Source: an uncultured virus (IMG/VR IMGVR_UViG_3300034407_002805)
Taxonomy: Duplodnaviria > Heunggongvirae > Uroviricota > Caudoviricetes
Length of the DNA: 64,000 nt
Direction: 5' to 3' (one strand)
IMG/VR virus record: IMGVR_UViG_3300034407_002805
Shown: positions 56,971-64,000 of the stretch, piece after piece
Layout: the number at the start of each line of letters is the position of its first letter
How positions within the stretch are numbered: the stretch's first letter is position 1
Translations under genes and position numbers: made by a program
The notes under the pieces: generated by a model
Databases searched by the model: none
What the model saw: only the letters and a program-made list of their open reading frames with translations
What the model was told of the DNA's origin: nothing

Positions 56971-58347
56971 ATGCAAGACGTAATTTCTTACGACAAGTTG
57001 ATGGAAAAATGGGCACCGGTACTGAACGAAGAGTCAGCGGGAGCCATTACCGACAACCACAGGAAAGCAGTTACAGCTGCTATTCTTGAAAACCAAGAGC
57101 GTGCATTACGTGAAGAGCAAGGAATGCTCAACGAAATGCCTGCAAATAACACATCGAGCGTAGCAAACTGGAACCCAGTTCTGATTGCTCTCGTTCGTCG
57201 CGCTATGCCTAACCTTATGGCATACGACATCTGCGGTGTTCAGCCAATGTCAGGTCCAACAGGCCTCATCTTTGCGATGAAGTCTAACTATAAGACAACA
57301 CGGGCTGGTGCAACTTCAGGCGATGAAGCACTGTTCAACGAAGCCGTACCAGGATTCTCTGGTGACTCAGGTTCAGGACCTGTGCCAGGCACAACTCAGC
57401 AACGTTTAGACGGTGTTGATGCTGGACCTTCTGGTTTGTCAGGAATTGTTGACTCAGACGCTGACTCAACTATCGACGATACTCGTATCGATCCGGCAAA
57501 CGGAACAACAGGTTTCGCAATGCCATTGTCCGACGGTGAAAACCTCGGTACAACAGGTGATTCAGCCTTTGCAGAAATGGGCTTCACCATCGAGAAAGCA
57601 ACTGTTAGTGCACGGACACGCGCACTGAAGGCAGAATACAGCCTCGAACTTGCTCAGGATCTGAAAGCCATTCATGGCCTGGATGCTGAGACTGAGTTGG
57701 CAAACATCTTGTCAACTGAGATCATGGCTGAAATCAACCGTGAAGTTGTTCGTACAATTAACTCACAAGCTAAGACTGGTGCACTTCAAACAAACACTGC
57801 TCTTAACGGTGTCTTCAACGTCCAAACAGACGCAGACGGCCGTTGGTCAGTTGAGAAGTTTAAAGGTCTGATCGTACAGATCGAGCGTGAGTGTAACGTA
57901 ATCGCAAAAGAAACACGTCGGGGTAAAGGTAACTTCATCATCTGTTCATCAGATGTTGCATCATCCTTGTCAGCCTCTGGCATGCTCGATTACTCACCTG
58001 CAATGTCAACAAACTTGAACGTTGACGATACAGGAAACACCTTTGCTGGTGTCCTTAACGGACGCACACGGGTCTACATCGATCCGTATGCAGTAGCTGA
58101 CTACATCACAGTCGGTTATAAGGGTACTAACCCATATGACGCAGGTCTCTTCTATTGCCCATACGTACCACTAACAATGGTTCGTGCAGTGGGTGAGGAT
58201 ACATTCCAGCCGAAGATTGGATTTAAGACTCGCTACGGCTTGGCTTCAAACCCATTCGTTGGATCATCTCCAGCAGACGGCTTGGCAGCGATCAAGACCA
58301 ACCAATACTATCGTATCTTCCGCGTAGACGATATTCTTGGATCATAA
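56971..58347 (+). CDS. g23: major capsid protein gp23
   Basis: GVQPMSGPTGLIFAM, RALKAEYSLELAQDLKAIHGLDAE and FQPKIGFKTRYG. Confidence 0.98.
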   Translation: MQDVISYDKLMEKWAPVLNEESAGAITDNHRKAVTAAILENQERALREEQGMLNEMPANNTSSVANWNPVLIALVRRAMPNLMAYDICGVQPMSGPTGLIFAMKSNYKTTRAGATSGDEALFNEAVPGFSGDSGSGPVPGTTQQRLDGVDAGPSGLSGIVDSDADSTIDDTRIDPANGTTGFAMPLSDGENLGTTGDSAFAEMGFTIEKATVSARTRALKAEYSLELAQDLKAIHGLDAETELANILSTEIMAEINREVVRTINSQAKTGALQTNTALNGVFNVQTDADGRWSVEKFKGLIVQIERECNVIAKETRRGKGNFIICSSDVASSLSASGMLDYSPAMSTNLNVDDTGNTFAGVLNGRTRVYIDPYAVADYITVGYKGTNPYDAGLFYCPYVPLTMVRAVGEDTFQPKIGFKTRYGLASNPFVGSSPADGLAAIKTNQYYRIFRVDDILGS

Positions 58348-58370
58348 TAAAAAATAACGTGGTTAGACTA

Positions 58371-58396
58371 GAGGGGCCTTCGGGTCCCTCTTTTTT
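58371..58396 (+). terminator. Rho-independent terminator after g23
   Basis: GAGGGGCC-TTCG-GGTCCCTC followed by T6. Confidence 0.88.
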
Positions 58397-58408
58397 AATC
58401 TAAACTTG

Positions 58409-58416
58409 TATAAATA
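58409..58416 (+). promoter_or_regulatory. late promoter TATAAATA for g3
   Basis: Exact consensus 5 nt before ATG 58422. Confidence 0.75.
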
Positions 58417-58421
58417 GATGT

Positions 58422-58922
58422 ATGGCGGAACTTACAGAAAATTTTAACTATATGCAACCAACGAGCTTTAAGCTCGTTATAGACAGACGTAACTATCCTA
58501 ACCTTGAGTTTTTCTGTCAGAATGTTACACACCCCGGTATGATTATGAATCCTGTGGAACTACCAGTGCGTAGACTCGCGGGCTTGCCGTTTCCGGGTGA
58601 TACTCTAACATTCAACGAACTGTCAACAAACATATTACTAGATGAAAATCTAGAATCATACACAGAAATGTTTAACTGGATACGTAGGTTATTGGAAACA
58701 AACATGCTTGATAATCAAGCAGTAGGTAATACAACACAACCTAACTATGCTGATATTACGTTATCCATACTTTCAAGTCACAACAATCAAACGAAGCAAG
58801 TCAGATATATAGATTGTGTACCTACTTCACTAGGTGATATAAACTTTGAATCTACGTCGAGTGGCCAAGAGTTTATTACATTTACTGCATCGTTTCGATT
58901 CAACTATTTTGAGTTAGTGTAA
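58422..58922 (+). CDS. g3: tail completion protein gp3
   Basis: N.NY.QPT.F, FFCQ.V..PG, LLDENLE.Y.E.FNW and PTSLG. Confidence 0.88.
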   Translation: MAELTENFNYMQPTSFKLVIDRRNYPNLEFFCQNVTHPGMIMNPVELPVRRLAGLPFPGDTLTFNELSTNILLDENLESYTEMFNWIRRLLETNMLDNQAVGNTTQPNYADITLSILSSHNNQTKQVRYIDCVPTSLGDINFESTSSGQEFITFTASFRFNYFELV

Positions 58923-59254
58923 TGGCAGAATCAAAAGCAAGAGATATGGCAAGGTTTGGACAACAAGCCAAGGCTTTTATAGCAACTGAAGGTGAAGCAA
59001 CGCCTGCAATTAGAATTAGTTTAAATCACAGTAGTGTAACTGACAATGCTGTTGGTGACCAAACGATGGCATATACAAATAATTTTTTTGAAATAGGTTG
59101 TTTGGTTGCTGGTACATATCATAACACTGTTGTTGTTATGCATCAAATATTGTCAAGAAGCACATCAACACATGGTGTAAAAACGCATGATCATGCTGCA
59201 AATTCAGAAGATGATCTTGGTAAAAAACATGCAGTATTTGGAGACCTAGCATAA
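58922..59254 (+). CDS. fibre-tip-like hypothetical protein
   Basis: AKAF...SLN.SSVTDN.VGD...GDLA; paralogue of 42827..43177. Confidence 0.65.
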   Translation: MAESKARDMARFGQQAKAFIATEGEATPAIRISLNHSSVTDNAVGDQTMAYTNNFFEIGCLVAGTYHNTVVVMHQILSRSTSTHGVKTHDHAANSEDDLGKKHAVFGDLA

Positions 59255-59258
59255 TTTA

Positions 59259-59288
59259 GTTTACTTTTGTAAATAACTGTGGTATAAT
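59259..59288 (+). promoter_or_regulatory. early/middle-type promoter for uvsY
   Basis: GTTTAC-N18-TATAAT with CTGTGG; ATG only 6 nt downstream. Confidence 0.75.
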
Positions 59289-59294
59289 TATAGT

Positions 59295-59741
59295 ATGATT
59301 GATTTGAAAACTATACACGAAATGTGGTCAAAAGACTGTGAAATAAACTCAAACGAACTTGACAAGTCTTCGCGGGACCAGCCAATCTTACATGCTAAAT
59401 ACCTAGAACTCTTATCAACTTATAAGTTACAGTTGAAGCGTGCAGAGTTTGCACAGAAACAATTGTTAAAAGATAAGTGGCTTTGGTACAATGGTAAGAT
59501 GTCGCACGATGAGATTGTTGAAAAAGGTTGGGACCCGGATCCTTTCAATGGGCTAAAAGTATTGAAAGGCGAAATGGAATATTATTATGATGCTGACCCT
59601 GAAATTCAAAAGTCTGAAGAAAAGATTCAGTACTTTAAGACAGTTATAGATACATTAACAGAGATTGTAAACAATATTAACTGGCGACATCAGACAATAT
59701 CAAATATTATAAAATGGAAACAATTCGAGTCCGGAAACTAA
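59295..59741 (+). CDS. uvsY: recombination mediator UvsY
   Basis: W.KD..I....LD..S...P.LHAKYL, WYNGK and INWR...I.N.I.W..F.SG. Confidence 0.9.
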   Translation: MIDLKTIHEMWSKDCEINSNELDKSSRDQPILHAKYLELLSTYKLQLKRAEFAQKQLLKDKWLWYNGKMSHDEIVEKGWDPDPFNGLKVLKGEMEYYYDADPEIQKSEEKIQYFKTVIDTLTEIVNNINWRHQTISNIIKWKQFESGN

Positions 59742-61213
59742 ATCATGCAAACCTGCACATAACGTGCGAAAGTGGTACAGCTCAAGAGCTCAATGAGTTT
59801 TTTAGTTTTTATGTGCCCGGATATAAATTCATGCCTGCGTATAGAAATCGTATGTGGGATGGAAAGATTCGTTTATTCACTGTAATGTCTGGTGAACTAC
59901 CGGCCGGTCTATACGAGCATCTTCTACAGTTTGCTGAACAGCGTGCTTATGAGATAGAAGTAGATGATTCTAAGTACGGTAAACCTGATGACTATAATAA
60001 GGTCGATGTAAAAGATCTCTATGAATATATTAAAGGATTAAAACTACCGTTTGATATACGTGATTACCAATTTGATGCAGTTTCTACGGGAATCCATAGA
60101 AAAAGAGGCATACTCTTATCACCAACAGGATCTGGTAAATCTCTTATCATATACGCTTTAGTGCGTTATTGGTTAGAAAGGCTTACCACAGGGTATCGCT
60201 ATCCACAGAGCGGCAGAGCTTTGATCATCGTACCTACTACCTCACTCGTAGAACAAATGTATACGGACTTTATAAAGTATGGCTGTGGAGAACGCGCCAT
60301 GCACAGAATATATTCCGGTAAAGATAAAAAGTTCGAAGCTGCGATATGCATTAGTACATGGCAGTCGATATATAAACTACCGCGTGACTGGTACTCACAG
60401 TTTGGTATGGTGATAGGTGATGAGTGTCACGGTTTTAAATCTAAATCACTTATGTCAATCATGAACAAAGCCAGTGAAGCTGAATACAGATTCGGTACGA
60501 CTGGCACACTCGACGGGGCCCAAACACATGAACTCGTACTCCAAGGTCTATTCGGTAAGATATACCGCGTTACCACAACAAAAACCTTACAAGATAACAA
60601 TACTCTCGCCAGCCTTACCATTAAACGAATCGTACTTAAGTACTCAGAAAAAATACGTAAGGAGTTTGGTAAACAACCATATCCGGATGAAATCGACTTC
60701 ATTGTATCCAATGACAAGAGAAATAGATTCATACGAAATCTGGCCGTAGATCTTAAAGGCAACACACTAATACTTTATAACTACGTTGAAAAGCACGGTA
60801 AGCCACTTTACGATTTAATAGATAGTAAAGTAGATGAGAACAGAAAGGTATTTTTTGTATCGGGTGGAACAGCAACTAGTGATAGAGAAGCGATACGTGC
60901 TATCGTAGAAAAACAAAAAGATGCTATCATCGTTGCGTCACTTGGAACCTTTTCAACAGGTATAAATATTAGGAACCTTCATAACATTATCTTTGCTTCA
61001 CCAAGTAAGTCACAGATAAGAGTGTTACAGAGTATCGGTAGAGGGTTACGTAAAACAGACGATGGAAAAGCTACTACACTATATGATATATCTGACGATA
61101 TAAGTTGGAAAACGCGTAAAAATTATTCTTTACTACATTCATTTGAACGATTAAAGATATATCAAAAAGAACAGTTTGAGTACAAAACCGTAGAACTGGA
61201 GTTAAAATCATGA
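59714..61213 (+). CDS. uvsW: SF2 helicase UvsW
   Basis: WDGKIRLF, SPTGSGKS, DECH, FSTGINI and QSIGRGLR. Confidence 0.95.
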   Translation: METIRVRKLNHANLHITCESGTAQELNEFFSFYVPGYKFMPAYRNRMWDGKIRLFTVMSGELPAGLYEHLLQFAEQRAYEIEVDDSKYGKPDDYNKVDVKDLYEYIKGLKLPFDIRDYQFDAVSTGIHRKRGILLSPTGSGKSLIIYALVRYWLERLTTGYRYPQSGRALIIVPTTSLVEQMYTDFIKYGCGERAMHRIYSGKDKKFEAAICISTWQSIYKLPRDWYSQFGMVIGDECHGFKSKSLMSIMNKASEAEYRFGTTGTLDGAQTHELVLQGLFGKIYRVTTTKTLQDNNTLASLTIKRIVLKYSEKIRKEFGKQPYPDEIDFIVSNDKRNRFIRNLAVDLKGNTLILYNYVEKHGKPLYDLIDSKVDENRKVFFVSGGTATSDREAIRAIVEKQKDAIIVASLGTFSTGINIRNLHNIIFASPSKSQIRVLQSIGRGLRKTDDGKATTLYDISDDISWKTRKNYSLLHSFERLKIYQKEQFEYKTVELELKS

Positions 61214-61701
61214 AAGCTATGTATAAACAATTTAAGCTTACTAGTGGAGAAGAACTTATATGTGAGTTAGTCGAAACTAATGATGCAGACGAAGGTATCA
61301 CAGACGTTATTATAAGACGCGCTATGAAAATTGTAACTACTGATGATCTCGAAGAAAACACACGCTATTATACGTTTAAACCATACGTTACTTTTCAAGA
61401 TGATACTACAGATTTGATAGCTCTCAACTCTGTTCATATAGTAAGTGAGTCTACACCCTCAGAAGTTGTCATGACACACTACGCTAGCGCGCTTGCAGAC
61501 GCTGATAAATTTAACAAGATACGTAAGTCCACAAGTGTATCACTATCTGAAGTTCAAGCTAAGTTAAAAGAACTTACAGAAGAAGAAATGGACGAGTTTC
61601 TAGCTTTAAAATTATCTGAAATTGAAGAAACTGAATTAGATAAATCAGATTCACAAATGTCTAACATTATTAAATTCAAACCGAGAGGGACATACCATTG
61701 A
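61210..61701 (+). CDS. conserved hypothetical protein
   Basis: FKLTSGEELIC N-terminus and NIIKFKP C-terminus; lies between uvsW and g55. Confidence 0.75.
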   Translation: MKAMYKQFKLTSGEELICELVETNDADEGITDVIIRRAMKIVTTDDLEENTRYYTFKPYVTFQDDTTDLIALNSVHIVSESTPSEVVMTHYASALADADKFNKIRKSTSVSLSEVQAKLKELTEEEMDEFLALKLSEIEETELDKSDSQMSNIIKFKPRGTYH

Positions 61702-62351
61702 GCTTCTTAGTACATCCACTGCCACCAGAAAATGTATTAGTGAGAAAAGAATATCTCTATGATCTAGAACGCGGTCACGGAGAATACACACCTGGCATTT
61801 GGATCTCGGTAAAATCAACACAATATAAAGCGTTATACTTTGAAACGCTTCTCACAGAATATGGAGCATTGTATGACAAACTACCTCTGTCGGCTTTCGT
61901 TTGGAAAACAGATCATGGTGATCTACCTCTTGATGTTCTTCAGCTGTGGGATTGCTTTGATTACGACCTTACTGTAGTTGAAAAACCTTTGCTAAGTCGG
62001 TGTGAGTTTTTCGGCAAAGACAAGAACATGCACGCGGGTGAGTATATGTTTACTATTGATAACGCACATCGGGATAGATCGACAATAGATATAAACTTTT
62101 CTGAACACGACCCAGAACATAAAAGCTTTAACGTAATACAATTGGATAATGGACAATTTGCAGCTCAACCTAATAACAGAGTCATATGGCGTGATTCAAG
62201 TTTAACGCCTGATAAATTAAAACGTCCGGATTTTAAAGTATGTACGCAGAACTATCGTGTAGAAACAGAACCTAAGTGGTCTGTAGGACATACTGATGAG
62301 TGGCAATATATGACTAAGGACGAGGTATCCACCCTCCGGAAAGAATCTTAA
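61698..62351 (+). CDS. hypothetical protein (TTG start)
   Basis: 217 aa; LQLWDCF and GQFAAQPNNR. Confidence 0.75.
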   Translation: MSFLVHPLPPENVLVRKEYLYDLERGHGEYTPGIWISVKSTQYKALYFETLLTEYGALYDKLPLSAFVWKTDHGDLPLDVLQLWDCFDYDLTVVEKPLLSRCEFFGKDKNMHAGEYMFTIDNAHRDRSTIDINFSEHDPEHKSFNVIQLDNGQFAAQPNNRVIWRDSSLTPDKLKRPDFKVCTQNYRVETEPKWSVGHTDEWQYMTKDEVSTLRKES

Positions 62352-62354
62352 TTT

Positions 62355-62383
62355 ATTATACCACAACGTACGAAAAAGTACAC
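62355..62383 (-). promoter_or_regulatory. antisense-oriented early-type promoter
   Basis: Minus strand GGTGTACTTTTT...TTGTGGTATAAT, same motif as at 2783 and 3270. Confidence 0.6.
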
Positions 62384-62416
62384 CATTATTTTTTACATTC
62401 AAAACTAAAATAATCT

Positions 62417-62446
62417 ATTTACAAATATAGCTCACTAGTATATAAT
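62417..62446 (+). promoter_or_regulatory. promoter for g55
   Basis: ATTTAC-N18-TATAAT; GGAGG RBS follows. Confidence 0.6.
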
Positions 62447-62469
62447 AACTATATAATGAAGGAGGCGAC

Positions 62470-63063
62470 ATGGCGCGCACACAACGAAAAAGTATTCACT
62501 ATGTCAATAACGCTGAATTCTCTCAAGCAGTAGTTGAGTATGTTACACTAGTTCAAGAAGCCAAGAAGCAAGAAGAAACTCTTCCAATTGTACCTGATTA
62601 TATTGCCAGCTGTTTTCTACGAATAGCTGAGGGTTTGTCTCACAAATCTAATTTTATTCGCTACACATATCGCGAAGAAATGGTAATGGACGCAGTAGAA
62701 AATTGTTTGAAGGCTATTGAGAACTATAACTTAGAAGCAGCTACCAGAACCGGCAAGCCAAACGCTTTTGCGTACTTTACACAGATTACATGGTACGCTT
62801 TCTTAAGGCGTATTGCCAAAGAGAAGAAACAGCAAGACATTAAATTAAAATATTTGACAAAGTCGGGCATTGAAAACTTTATGGTAAATGAACACGGCGA
62901 TGAAATGTCTCAACAAGTTGTTGGTGCCTTTGTCGATACACTTAGAGATCGCATTGAAAAAGTAAGATTCACAGATAATATTATTAAAGAGGAAGTGATA
63001 AAAGAAAAGAAGAGGCGCAAGTCAAAAAGTGCTGATTCTGATTTATCAGAGTTTTTAACATGA
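62470..63063 (+). CDS. g55: late sigma factor gp55
   Basis: HYVNN.EF, IAEGLSHKSNF..YTYREEM..D and NAFAYFTQI.WYAFLRRI.KEKKQ. Confidence 0.95.
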   Translation: MARTQRKSIHYVNNAEFSQAVVEYVTLVQEAKKQEETLPIVPDYIASCFLRIAEGLSHKSNFIRYTYREEMVMDAVENCLKAIENYNLEAATRTGKPNAFAYFTQITWYAFLRRIAKEKKQQDIKLKYLTKSGIENFMVNEHGDEMSQQVVGAFVDTLRDRIEKVRFTDNIIKEEVIKEKKRRKSKSADSDLSEFLT

Positions 63064-63179
63064 AAAAAATTATTGAGTTCCTTAAAAGTAAGGACGATAT
63101 TGAAATGTTTATGATTACTTGCGTATTAGGTACTATCTTTGCATTCTTTATCTATTGTGTTTGGAGTCTAATTAATTGA
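63060..63179 (+). CDS. small membrane protein (39 aa, not in ORF track)
   Basis: ATGA overlap; MKKIIEFLKSKDDIEMFMITCVLGTIFAFFIYCVWSLIN*. Confidence 0.6.
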   Translation: MKKIIEFLKSKDDIEMFMITCVLGTIFAFFIYCVWSLIN

Positions 63180-64000
63180 AGGTAGCAGTATTAAATGACA
63201 CACATTGCGGTATACGTAACTCTTCCGAGATCTTCCTCGAAAATGCCAGGGTATTTTACTCAGAGGTCTTCTTTCCTTACTGTAAAGAAAACGGGATCGA
63301 GCAAATCATACACTTGGGCGACTATTATGACCACAGGAAGTTTGTAAACTTTAAAGCATTAAATCATAACAGGCAACATTTTCTTAACCCATTACGCGAA
63401 AATGGTATGAAGATGGATATTATTCCTGGTAACCACGATACATATTATAAGAACACAAACGATCTTAACTCGTTAAAAGAATGTCTTGGTCACTTTATGA
63501 ATGAGATTCATATCATCATGGAGCCAAGAGTCATGGAGTATGGGTCACTAAAGATCGCTATGTTACCGTGGATTAATCAAGAAAATTACGATGACTCTAT
63601 GAAGTTTATAGCAGACTGTAAAGCTGACTGGCTTGGCTCACATTTAGAACTCAACGGGTTTGAAGTAATGCGTGGTATGACAAGCAAACACGGCATGGAT
63701 CCAAAACTTTTTTCTCGATTCGAGCTAGTTTTATCGGGTCATTATCACGTAGCCTCACGTAGAGATAACATCTGGTATCTAGGGTCACAGATGGAGTTCT
63801 TCTGGTCAGACGCCCACGATCCAAAGTATTTTCACGTTATTGACACTGAAACAAGACAGATAGAAAAAATTAGAAATAATAACACTTTGTTTGAAAAAAT
63901 AGTGTACAATGACGACAAAATGGATTATAATAACTATAACATATCAAACTTAGACGGTAAGCTCGTAAAAGTCGTGGTAGTAAATAAAGCTGATACGTTT
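63176..64000 (+). CDS. g47: recombination endonuclease subunit gp47 (Mre11/SbcD-like), truncated by window edge
   Basis: TTG start after GGAG; LNDTHCG, HLGDYYD, PGNHD, HLEL.GF and SGHYH. Confidence 0.92.
   Translation, partial: MKVAVLNDTHCGIRNSSEIFLENARVFYSEVFFPYCKENGIEQIIHLGDYYDHRKFVNFKALNHNRQHFLNPLRENGMKMDIIPGNHDTYYKNTNDLNSLKECLGHFMNEIHIIMEPRVMEYGSLKIAMLPWINQENYDDSMKFIADCKADWLGSHLELNGFEVMRGMTSKHGMDPKLFSRFELVLSGHYHVASRRDNIWYLGSQMEFFWSDAHDPKYFHVIDTETRQIEKIRNNNTLFEKIVYNDDKMDYNNYNISNLDGKLVKVVVVNKADTF

Noticed and set aside
62217..62402. 61-aa minus-strand ORF as the target of the antisense promoter
   Set aside because: It starts upstream of and runs through the promoter, so it cannot be on that transcript
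1..64000. tRNA, rRNA, introns, inteins or stop-codon reassignment
   Set aside because: Intergenic gaps are short, core genes (g17, g18, g20, g23, uvsW) are uninterrupted and of normal length under the standard code, and I saw no cloverleaf by eye

Overview
This window is a 64-kb segment of a T4-like (marine 'far-T4'-type) myovirus genome. It holds a few small early genes, g33/g32, the full virion block (g26/51, 54, 2, 4, 48, 53, split g5, 25, 6, 7, 8, 9-like, fibres, 13-23, 3), then uvsY, uvsW, g55 and the start of g47. All gene calls come from motif recognition and gene order; no searches were run. Four observations stand out. (1) Asp-Ser (DS) dipeptides are strongly enriched in outer virion proteins (about 77 in the 1714-aa fibre, 12-20 in several 200-390 aa proteins, clusters in capsid and sheath) but nearly absent from non-virion proteins. 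These genes flank an opposite-strand cassette of glycosyltransferase-like genes, a methyltransferase and a radical SAM gene with a late-type promoter, suggesting a phage-encoded virion-decoration system with DS as its sequon. (2) A probable -1 programmed frameshift fuses gp26 to gp51 just upstream of the tape-measure-like gene. (3) An MsmA-like Rieske oxygenase alpha subunit lacking its Rieske cluster ligands sits between g15 and g16. (4) Several late promoters appear leaderless, and an early-type promoter beside g55 points antisense.
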